Positions 1 through 7,085 of a stretch of DNA of 32,000 bases are shown one piece after another (position 1 is the stretch's first letter; every line of letters begins with the position of its first letter). The stretch lies in assembly GCA_028279745.1 (NCBI GenBank), contig JANQNC010000001.1:690001-722000 (forward strand), read 5' to 3'. The notes beneath the pieces were generated by a model. The model made no database searches, had not been told where the DNA came from, and worked only from the letters and a program-made list of their open reading frames with translations. This DNA comes from Candidatus Nanoarchaeia archaeon (GTDB taxonomy: Archaea; Nanobdellota; Nanobdellia; Woesearchaeales; JANQNC01). A program made the translations under genes and the position numbers.

Positions 1-530
1 CACAACAAAACAATGCTGACTTAATGGATTCAGTCATAAAAGCATTGAAGAGAGAAGGCGTGGATGAAGATGATCTAGAAACAACAAACTTCAGATTAAG
101 CCCAAAATATGACTGGGACAAAGGATATACTGAAATTGTAGGTTATACTGTAACACATAATCTAAAAGTAACAACCAACAAGATAAAAGAAGTTGGAGAG
201 TTGGCAGATGTTGCAGTTGGCGCAGGAGCAAATGGAATAGATTACATCAACTTTAGATTATCTGACGATATGCAGAAACAGGTAAAAAATCAAGCGATTG
301 AGAAAGCAGCGGATGCCGCAAAAGCTAAAGCAAAAACATTAGCTTCAGCAGCAGGTGTTAGTTTGGGAGATGTAATAGGCGTTTCAGAATCTTCATCTTA
401 CTATCAACCATACAGATACTATGGATTTGATGCAGTAGCTGAAGGTGGAGCTCCAAAGGTTGATACTGAAATAAGCCCAGAAGATGTTGATGTCACAGCA
501 CAAGTTACTTTAACTTACGAGTTGAAGTAA
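1..530 (+). CDS. SIMPL-domain (DUF541/BP26-like) protein; N-terminus lies upstream of the window
   Basis: The frame of ORF 24..530 stays open back to nt 3 (..QQNNADL-MDSV..), so the listed ATG is probably internal. An Ala/Lys-rich helix 'IEKAADAAKAKAKTLASAAGVSLG' and the C-terminal 'VTAQVTLTYEL' strand are typical of SIMPL proteins. Confidence 0.6.
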   Translation, partial: QQNNADLMDSVIKALKREGVDEDDLETTNFRLSPKYDWDKGYTEIVGYTVTHNLKVTTNKIKEVGELADVAVGAGANGIDYINFRLSDDMQKQVKNQAIEKAADAAKAKAKTLASAAGVSLGDVIGVSESSSYYQPYRYYGFDAVAEGGAPKVDTEISPEDVDVTAQVTLTYELK

Positions 531-538
531 TTATTTTT

Positions 539-1123
539 TTATTTTAATTTATATTTAGAAATTATCTTTCTGCAAGTAACACCATCACCGACATGACAAA
601 AGGCAATAGTGTCTACTTTGAACTTAATAGGTAGATCAGCTTTAGCATCATAACAACCCAAAGTGATATGAGGCCAATAGTTTTCAAATGAAGTTTTTTC
701 ACTGTGCGTATCTAACCAAACTTTTGTTTCATCCTTCATCCCTGTTTCTTCACCTTTGTATAACATATCCACAGTTGCGCCTTTTTGCAGATACTGTTTG
801 ATTTTATTTAGGATGGTCTCATGCAATGATTGTAACTCTTCAGTATTTGTTATCTCAAAAGAAGACTTATTCCCTTCAGGAGTTTCTTTGTATTTTATAT
901 TTTCAATAGATAGCTCAATAGGTGATTGCTCTATAGCTTGCAAGTAATCTTGAATTGGTTTTACATCTTTTTCATCAATTACACCCATAGCTAAAGTGAT
1001 GTGGGGAATATAATCATTTTTTCCCAAAGGTCTTATACGTTCAGAATTTTTATTGAGTTTTATACATAAATTTTCAATATCATCAGGCAATAATAAGGCA
1101 ATATCAATAGCTATCTTTGCCAT
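539..1123 (-). CDS. 2H phosphoesterase superfamily protein (LigT / cyclic phosphodiesterase-like)
   Basis: Two H-x-T-x motifs, 'PHITLAMG' and 'PHITLGCY', at LigT-like spacing. The track ORF starts at a GTG (1162) inside the upstream gene. The ATG at 1123 (MAKIAIDIA..) lies 1 nt after the upstream stop (1125), so I take it as the start. Confidence 0.7.
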   Translation of the reverse strand: MAKIAIDIALLLPDDIENLCIKLNKNSERIRPLGKNDYIPHITLAMGVIDEKDVKPIQDYLQAIEQSPIELSIENIKYKETPEGNKSSFEITNTEELQSLHETILNKIKQYLQKGATVDMLYKGEETGMKDETKVWLDTHSEKTSFENYWPHITLGCYDAKADLPIKFKVDTIAFCHVGDGVTCRKIISKYKLK

Positions 1124-1124
1124 A

Positions 1125-1748
1125 CTACGCTCTACCTCTGCTTTCACCCTCAACGACACCACTTGCCATCAAGTGAGCAACTCTGATCGGTTCAGGCATC
1201 AAGCCATTTGTGGTTGAGATCTTAACCATCTTATTTGCCTCTTCAGGAGTCAAACCATAAATCTGAATATAAATCTTGCCTTTCTTCTTGCCAAAATCAA
1301 CCTCATAAATCTCGCCAGCATCACGAATAAGCTTCTCTTTGTACTGATGATTTTGAACATTCTTCAACGCTTTAAACACTCTTTCTAAATTAGGATATTT
1401 TCTCATAACAACAATAACGGGAAGTTTAGTCTTAACAGACAATTTCTTTATGTCAAGAACATTAAAACCACCCATAGCAATACCATCAGTCATGACTGCT
1501 TGAAGCTGATCTTTGTGTTTGCTATTGTTTATCATCTGAATAAGTTTATCAGTAGCATCACTACCATCAATCTCAATATTAGTAGAAACAATACCATCTA
1601 AAACCTTCCCACCTCTAAAAATAGTGCCTATCGCAAGAATCCTCCTGTAACCTTTATGTTTTCTAAATGGCGAATCATCTATACCAATGATTCTAATCTC
1701 TTTCCCAATCTTTCTCTTTCTCTTAAAGAGCCTGCTAAAAATACTCAT
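1125..1748 (-). CDS. UPF0215/DUF99 protein (endonuclease V-like fold)
   Basis: 'IRIIGIDDSPF', 'IEIDGSDATD', 'DGIAMGGFNVLDI', 'LPVIVV' and 'PEPIRVAHLMASG' match the conserved blocks of archaeal DUF99. ATGA overlap with trmI. Confidence 0.75.
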   Translation of the reverse strand: MSIFSRLFKRKRKIGKEIRIIGIDDSPFRKHKGYRRILAIGTIFRGGKVLDGIVSTNIEIDGSDATDKLIQMINNSKHKDQLQAVMTDGIAMGGFNVLDIKKLSVKTKLPVIVVMRKYPNLERVFKALKNVQNHQYKEKLIRDAGEIYEVDFGKKKGKIYIQIYGLTPEEANKMVKISTTNGLMPEPIRVAHLMASGVVEGESRGRA

Positions 1749-2518
1749 TTTTTCCTAAAAAACACCAAAAATGCTGAATGCATCAAACCCTGTGATTTGG
1801 GTCTTACTTTCTTGCCTTCAACATGCCACTCACGCTCTATAAGCTCTAGTGTCTTTAGGTGTAAGAAATCAGAAGAATTATTTAAAGCTTCTTCAACCTG
1901 AGTAATACAAGGAAGATAAAGCACTAAAAAACCCCCTCGTTTAAGGATCTTATTTGCTGCTTTTAAATGATTATTAGGGTCTGGCATATCAAGGACAACA
2001 ACATCTTGATTCTTTTCAGAAGCTTCTTTGAAATCTTTATTTTTTAAGGTTGCATTTTTTATGTCAAGATAATCTAAATTCTTTTTAACAACATCAAAAT
2101 AATCTTTTCTTATCTCATAACTTGTAACTTTTTTCGCAATGCTTGCTAAAAAACAAGTCAGACCACCACTTCCTGCTCCAGCTTCAACAATTTTAGAATT
2201 CTTATTTATGCCTGTGTTTGCTATTATTGCACCTACATCTTTCAAAGGAGGAATTTGTGCAACCCTTAAAATGTTCTTGTAGTTGTCAAAGAAATCAGGA
2301 TCAAAAATGAAAAAATTTTCATTCCTTATCTTTTGAGAATCTTTTGAAAGTTTTAACTCGCCAAACTTAGTATGGAACGAAGTTTTGTTTTCTCTTGCGT
2401 AAAAAGTCTTACCAGATTCACTAACAATAACTTTCTTAACTTTCTTAGGCTTTCTTTGTTTAACATAGTCTTCAGAAGTAGGTAAAATGTTAACTGCCTT
2501 GTTTGAGGGTAATGACAT
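1745..2518 (-). CDS. trmI: tRNA (adenine-N1)-methyltransferase, TrmI/Gcd14 family
   Basis: SAM motif I 'VEAGAGSGGLTCFLA', post-motif 'VVLDMPDP', and a C-terminal 'REWHV' block typical of m1A57/58 methyltransferases. Confidence 0.8.
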   Translation of the reverse strand: MSLPSNKAVNILPTSEDYVKQRKPKKVKKVIVSESGKTFYARENKTSFHTKFGELKLSKDSQKIRNENFFIFDPDFFDNYKNILRVAQIPPLKDVGAIIANTGINKNSKIVEAGAGSGGLTCFLASIAKKVTSYEIRKDYFDVVKKNLDYLDIKNATLKNKDFKEASEKNQDVVVLDMPDPNNHLKAANKILKRGGFLVLYLPCITQVEEALNNSSDFLHLKTLELIEREWHVEGKKVRPKSQGLMHSAFLVFFRKK

Positions 2519-2520
2519 CT

Positions 2521-3252
2521 TTAATCCTTCAAAACTGATTTAGCCAACTGCACACCACCAACAACTTCTGGAAGTACAACATACTCTGCACCTGCATGAT
2601 AAAGTTTCTTAACAATCAAGTCATCCATAGCTCTCGCGCCAATCTGAATATCTTGGTTTATCTCTTTAGCTGTTAACGTTAAAAGGATATTATCACCATC
2701 GTTATCCAAGCAAGCAATAAGGAACTTAGCCTTTTCAAGATTTACCTTTCTCAAATTAGCTTCGTCCAAAGCATCACCTTTAAGCAAAGGTATGTGAGAA
2801 TTTTCAATCCTTTCAAATAAAGTCGGATCTTTCTCTATGATTATAACTTTCTTCTTATGCTCAGATAATTCCTTAGCAACATTAAGCCCAACACGACCAC
2901 CGCCACAAACAACGTAATGGTTCTTTAAGTTTCTTAAAACACCCATGTTTTTTACACCTCTAAAAATCTTATTCATTTTACCCTCCAAAATAAATTCAAA
3001 CATAACATAAATAATATAAAAATTGATAACTACTCCTGCTGCAGATAAAAACAAAATACCATACGACTGCACACCATCAGGAGTGCTTGCGTGAGTAACT
3101 ATCGAAAAAGACTCATAAAAAGAAGTATTAAGCTGAGACACATCTGGGTTGATCATCAAAGCTCCCCAGAATATCAAAAGCGTCAGGAAAAAGATGGCTG
3201 CGCCAATCTTTAACAAAAACTTACCTTCTTCAGGAATATTAACCTTACCCAT
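2521..3252 (-). CDS. 2-TM pore plus RCK (TrkA-N) domain channel-like protein with a non-canonical filter region
   Basis: Two hydrophobic helices flank a re-entrant-like 'FYESFSIVTHASTPDG'. A Rossmann motif 'HYVVCGGGRVGLNVAKEL..KVIIIEKDP' follows. No TrkA-C lobe. Confidence 0.65.
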   Translation of the reverse strand: MGKVNIPEEGKFLLKIGAAIFFLTLLIFWGALMINPDVSQLNTSFYESFSIVTHASTPDGVQSYGILFLSAAGVVINFYIIYVMFEFILEGKMNKIFRGVKNMGVLRNLKNHYVVCGGGRVGLNVAKELSEHKKKVIIIEKDPTLFERIENSHIPLLKGDALDEANLRKVNLEKAKFLIACLDNDGDNILLTLTAKEINQDIQIGARAMDDLIVKKLYHAGAEYVVLPEVVGGVQLAKSVLKD

Positions 3253-3275
3253 CTTTGACCTCTTTTAAGCGTGAA

Positions 3276-3415
3276 TGTGGGGGGAGAGATTCGAACTCTC
3301 GAACCCACTAAGGGACTAGATTCCTCATAATGGGCACCTAGCTTATCATTGGCAGATGCCTCAACACTCAAATAACTTGAGTCTAGCTCGTTTAACCAGA
3401 CTTCGGTACCCCCAC
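3276..3415 (-). tRNA. tRNA-Leu(CAA), class II, with a ~54-nt intron at the canonical 37/38 site; CCA not encoded
   Basis: On the minus strand: acceptor GTGGGGG/CCCCCAC plus discriminator A; T-arm GAGAG-TTCGAAT-CTCTC; anticodon stem CTAGA/TCTAG with loop C-T-CAA-G-[intron]-A; long variable arm CCC-TTAGT-GGG. Intron (about 3322..3375): its 3' TGAG pairs with CTCA of the anticodon loop, flanked by 3-nt bulges (BHB). D-stem has one C10:A25 mismatch. Confidence 0.8.
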
Positions 3416-3461
3416 ATCTAGTATAGGGAAAAAAATGAGTGTTTTTTAAAGGTTTGCTAAA

Positions 3462-3833
3462 TCATGACAAATCTTTAAGTTTTTTCTCAATGTAACTAAG
3501 TTCAGCGTCAAGCTTGTCAACTTCAGATGTTCTCAAAGAAGTATCAACAATTTCATTCTTTTTCTCTGCGACAGGCTTTTCTTGTCTTAACCCATGCTTA
3601 GGAAGGTTTCTTCTAACTTTAGCAACAAGCTTAGAAATTTCATCAATATTAGTTCTTAGCTTCTCAATGTTTTCAACTTTCTTAACTCTTAACTCTTTCA
3701 AAGCCTCGTACCTTCTAAGAAAACTTATCGTGCCTTTTTGGGATTCCAAAATGCTTCTACGAACTTCATTAGGGTATTTTACCCCAACAAAGAAACTTTC
3801 TCCTTCATCAGTCTTCTTTTTCGCCATTCTCAT
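3462..3833 (-). CDS. hypothetical coiled-coil protein (third gene of triad)
   Basis: 123 aa. Basic N-terminus, short strand 'FFVGVKY', then heptad-rich helices. The ATG overlaps the upstream stop (ATGA at 3830-3833). Confidence 0.6.
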   Translation of the reverse strand: MRMAKKKTDEGESFFVGVKYPNEVRRSILESQKGTISFLRRYEALKELRVKKVENIEKLRTNIDEISKLVAKVRRNLPKHGLRQEKPVAEKKNEIVDTSLRTSEVDKLDAELSYIEKKLKDLS

Positions 3834-4048
3834 AAAGCTTCAGGCTCGAACAAAGCCTTGTCAACGTAATCCATCTTTTTCTCAACTTCTTCAAGATCAA
3901 AGTGCCATCTCTCTAGTTCTGAATCTTCTTCATTCTTGATTCTGTTAATGTCTGCTAAAGTACCTTTAGCTTCTTCAAGCTTGTTCTTGATCATGTTAAT
4001 TACATCAAGCACATCCTTGTATTCTTCAATCCTTACATATATAGGCAT
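3830..4048 (-). CDS. hypothetical coiled-coil protein (second gene of triad), paralogous to the C-terminus of 4053..4724
   Basis: The track ORF begins at a TTG (4093) inside the upstream gene. The ATG at 4048 (MPIYVRIEEYK..) lies 4 nt after the upstream stop. About 38% ungapped identity to aa 151-218 of the upstream product. Confidence 0.6.
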   Translation of the reverse strand: MPIYVRIEEYKDVLDVINMIKNKLEEAKGTLADINRIKNEEDSELERWHFDLEEVEKKMDYVDKALFEPEAL

Positions 4049-4052
4049 TTCT

Positions 4053-4724
4053 TTATCCACGCATACCACCCTCAAATAATGTTTTATCAACAAACACTAG
4101 TTTTCTTTGAACATCTTCCATCTCGGTTCTCCAAAGTTCATATTTCTTATCCATCTCGTTCTTAAGTTCATTAACCCTGAATAAAATGTCTTCGCTGTTC
4201 TTTAGAACATTTTTCGTTTCGGATAATTCCTCAAGAACACATTTGTAGTTATCTACCAAAACAAACAGAGGCTTACTAAAGTCTAAACATCTAGTCTCTT
4301 TCAATGAATCTAACATGTCTTGTTCAACTTCAAACTCATCCTCTTCAATCTTCTGTACTTCTTCACCTACAGCTTCGTCAAACTCTTCACCACCTAAAGG
4401 AACTATCTCTGGTTTAGATATAGAATCTGCTTGCTGTTCAACCATCTGATCCATATCTTCAGGCATCACATCGACAGCAGGTGTTGAAGGAATATCCGGA
4501 TTAACTGGAGGTAATTCAGGCTCATAAGTGTACTCTTTCTTTCCAGGAAATTCAGGTAACTCGTCAGGAGTTTCAGGAAGTTCTGGAAAATCAGAATGTG
4601 ATCCAATATGTGGAGGCGGCGGTGTGTTCTCCAAGTGTGGAGGTAACGGCGCTTCAGGTAAATCTGTACTTTCCAAACTAGGTGGAGAAGGTAAATCCTC
4701 TTTCTTTTTATTAAATAAAGCCAT
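4053..4724 (-). CDS. hypothetical protein: basic N-terminal peptide, Pro/Glu-rich linker, acidic region, C-terminal coiled-coil domain
   Basis: 223 aa. 'MALFNKKK', then ~75 aa with repeated [DE]-[LF]-P-E motifs. C-terminal 'PLFVLVDNYKCVLEEL...ELWRTEMEDVQRKLVFVDKTLFE'. Confidence 0.65.
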   Translation of the reverse strand: MALFNKKKEDLPSPPSLESTDLPEAPLPPHLENTPPPPHIGSHSDFPELPETPDELPEFPGKKEYTYEPELPPVNPDIPSTPAVDVMPEDMDQMVEQQADSISKPEIVPLGGEEFDEAVGEEVQKIEEDEFEVEQDMLDSLKETRCLDFSKPLFVLVDNYKCVLEELSETKNVLKNSEDILFRVNELKNEMDKKYELWRTEMEDVQRKLVFVDKTLFEGGMRG

Positions 4725-4734
4725 TAAAACATAA

Positions 4735-4741
4735 CACCCCC
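4735..4741 (-). promoter_or_regulatory. Shine-Dalgarno-like site (GGGGGTG) for the 4724 start
   Basis: Minus strand reads ..AAGGGGGTGTTATGTTTTAATG. An A/T-rich TATA-like 'CTTTTAATAAA' lies further upstream (about 4767-4777). Confidence 0.45.
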
Positions 4742-4883
4742 TTATTCACTTCAAAGTGCAGAAGAGTTTATTAAAAGTTTTCTTAGTATTCAAGAGTAGT
4801 AATGAATAAAATAAGGTGTAGAAGGCCAGTATTTACGAATTCTGGCTGAGAACTTCTTTTAAGGATAAACGCACTATAACACT

Positions 4884-6413
4884 ATGAAAAAATCAATTTT
4901 GATCTTGTTGATGATGATAAAATTGTCTTACGCATTAGAAATAAGCGAGATAATGTACAATCCAGAAGGATCAGACAACCATTACGAATATATTGAACTT
5001 CACTCAGATCAACAAAGTAATCTTAGCAATTATTACTTTGAAGGTATTGACCTAACTTTTGATGACACTGATTTTGAGGGTTACTTTGTTATCTGTAAAG
5101 ATAAAGAGAAATTTAGTGAAAGATACAATGTGAGTTGTGAAGAAGAATACTCTGGGAGTTTGTTGAATTCAGGTGAAACAATAACACTTTACAATTACTT
5201 GGGAGAGATCGTGGATGAAGTTACATACACAGATGTAGCGCCGGAAGGGAAGAGCATCAGCAAAGAAGTTGCCTGGCAACCTAGTTCTGCAACACCTCAT
5301 CAACCTATGCTAGGCAACACTGATGACTCTAACATAACAGTTGTTAATAAGACTTTTGAAAATGTTAGTGTTGAGAATGTTACGGTTATCAATATGACAG
5401 AAGAGAATGTGACAGTTCATAACTTGACTGTTGAGAACGGGACTATTAATGTAACTGTTGAAGTTAATGTTAGTACAAATGTTAGTGTGAATTTAAGTAT
5501 TAATGCAACAAACCACGCCAACTCAACAAATGTAACTATTGGAGTTAATGAGACTGACATTATTCTGAAAATAGACACTAACAAAGACACTTATGAAAAT
5601 AGTGAAAAAATTTCAATCTATTTCTCACTAAACGAGGAAAATAGTAATTTCACAATAGAATACAGGATAGAAGACTTGTTCGGGAACATAGTAAAGAAAA
5701 AATGGAATACAACAAACCTTAATACCAAACATTACACCCCAAAAATAGAAGAAAAAGATAAGGTGCTGGTGATAAAAGGGTTTTTGTATCTAAATGAGTT
5801 TGATGTCAATACATCAAATAACTATTTTGAAAAGAAAGTGTTTGTTAGGAATGAAGAGTATGAAGAAAAAAAAGTTGAAGTTAAATCAGTGCAAAAAAGT
5901 TCAGGGAGTTCTGGAGGAAGTTCAGCAGTAAAAGTTACGCCTGCAAAAAAAGAACCACAAATAAAATCATTCTACACAAGAACTAAACTATTTGAAGAAG
6001 GAAAAGAGATAACACTTACAGGGAGAGTTGATGAAGGAGTTGAAGCGTTTGTTGTTAATGGGAATGATAGTGTATCTTTGAGTGTTGTTGATGGGGAGTT
6101 CAGTTATAAGACAAATTTAAGCAGTAAACATCCAGGATACTTGTTGGAAATCTATAGAGATGGTAAAAAAGTGGAAGAGAAAAGGTTGGAGTTCAACATA
6201 ACAACTACAGAAGAAGAAACAAAACCATTACTGGCTGAAAATCTTGGAGAACAAATCACCGAAAGCGTTATAAACCAAAAAAAATCACAGATGACAGAGC
6301 CTCACAGGATCGAATTATACGAATCTGACAACGAAGGAAAGAAAAAAATAGTAAACTATATAATACTGGGGCTATCTGTATTATTTAACGTAATACTGAT
6401 ATGGAAAAGATGA
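4884..6413 (+). CDS. secreted/anchored surface protein: signal peptide, lamin-tail domain (LTD), N-x-S/T-rich tract, Ig-like regions, C-terminal TM anchor
   Basis: Signal peptide 'MKKSILILLMMIKLSYA'. LTD signature 'ISEIMYNPEGSDNHYEYIELH...NSGETITLYN'. 16 N-x-S/T sequons in aa 150-224. C-terminal 'IVNYIILGLSVLFNVILIWKR'. Confidence 0.8.
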   Translation: MKKSILILLMMIKLSYALEISEIMYNPEGSDNHYEYIELHSDQQSNLSNYYFEGIDLTFDDTDFEGYFVICKDKEKFSERYNVSCEEEYSGSLLNSGETITLYNYLGEIVDEVTYTDVAPEGKSISKEVAWQPSSATPHQPMLGNTDDSNITVVNKTFENVSVENVTVINMTEENVTVHNLTVENGTINVTVEVNVSTNVSVNLSINATNHANSTNVTIGVNETDIILKIDTNKDTYENSEKISIYFSLNEENSNFTIEYRIEDLFGNIVKKKWNTTNLNTKHYTPKIEEKDKVLVIKGFLYLNEFDVNTSNNYFEKKVFVRNEEYEEKKVEVKSVQKSSGSSGGSSAVKVTPAKKEPQIKSFYTRTKLFEEGKEITLTGRVDEGVEAFVVNGNDSVSLSVVDGEFSYKTNLSSKHPGYLLEIYRDGKKVEEKRLEFNITTTEEETKPLLAENLGEQITESVINQKKSQMTEPHRIELYESDNEGKKKIVNYIILGLSVLFNVILIWKR

Positions 6414-6419
6414 CACGCG

Positions 6420-6466
6420 CAAAAATCTAAAGGATTTTTGGCGTACAAAAAAACCAGAGGTTTTTT
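6420..6466 (+). terminator. two tandem hairpins ending in a T6 run after the LTD gene
   Basis: cAAAAATC-taaag-GATTTTTg (6420-6440), then AAAAAACC-aga-GGTTTTTT (6448-6466). The second hairpin also contains a GAGGT SD-like element 10 nt before the ATG at 6470. Confidence 0.4.
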
Positions 6467-6469
6467 AGC

Positions 6470-7084
6470 ATGAACGAAGAGATAGATGAAAAAGAATTAG
6501 AGAAATTCCAGATACACTTCAAAGCAATAAGTGAGCTAGTGGGAAAACCAAAAGAACACATAGATAACACACTAAAGATGTATCTAGAAAACATAAAAAA
6601 GAACGAAAACTTCAAATTCTCAAAAGTAACATTCTTCGAAGCAGAAAAACAAGAAAAAACAGGACTTTATGCAGCATTTGCAGAAATGGAAGTTGTAGCA
6701 AAAAACATAAACGATGTAATGGGGTTTTGTTTTGACTACATGCCATCAAGCATAGAGATATTACAGCCAAAAGAATTCAAAATGAAAGAGATTGAAGTCT
6801 CAAATTTCTTGAATGACCTGCAAGACAGACTACATAGAATCGAGATGCACTCAAAAAACCTGACTGCACAAACAACTAACCTAAAAAAACAATTTGTACA
6901 GGTGATAAGATATGTTGTTCTGTACCATATGCAACAAGATGAAAAGTTAACAGAAGATGACATCTCAAAAATAACCGGAATAGAAAAAGAGATGGTAATA
7001 AAGTACATGGATGCCTTAGTAAAAAGAGGCGAACTAGAAAAGAAAGACGACAAGTATGTTCTAACAGACAAATTCAAAGCATAA
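6470..7084 (+). CDS. hypothetical protein with a C-terminal winged-helix domain (occupies the scpA position upstream of scpB)
   Basis: 204 aa. N-terminal beta-alpha-beta-beta-alpha-beta-like half, a central helix, then a wHTH-like 'LTEDDISKITGIEKEMVIKYMDALVKRGELEKKDDKYVLT'. Stop lies 1 nt before the scpB ATG. Confidence 0.55.
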   Translation: MNEEIDEKELEKFQIHFKAISELVGKPKEHIDNTLKMYLENIKKNENFKFSKVTFFEAEKQEKTGLYAAFAEMEVVAKNINDVMGFCFDYMPSSIEILQPKEFKMKEIEVSNFLNDLQDRLHRIEMHSKNLTAQTTNLKKQFVQVIRYVVLYHMQQDEKLTEDDISKITGIEKEMVIKYMDALVKRGELEKKDDKYVLTDKFKA

Positions 7085-7085
7085 A

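Noticed and set aside
24-530. ATG at 24 as the true start of the first CDS
   Set aside because: The frame has no stop between nt 3 and 24, and SIMPL proteins are normally longer with an N-terminal signal or TM segment. I treat the gene as truncated by the window edge.
3276-3415. Alternative register giving a TCA anticodon (opal suppressor or Sec-like) for the tRNA
   Set aside because: That register would put A at position 33 and break the U33/purine-37 rule. The CAA register gives C32-U33-CAA-G37, a 5-bp stem and a canonical BHB. The long variable arm also fits Leu.
3514-3939. 141-aa plus-strand ORF (and 4528..4734) opposite the coiled-coil triad
   Set aside because: The minus-strand frames show paralogy to one another, coupled stop/start overlaps and an SD. 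The plus-strand products have no features.
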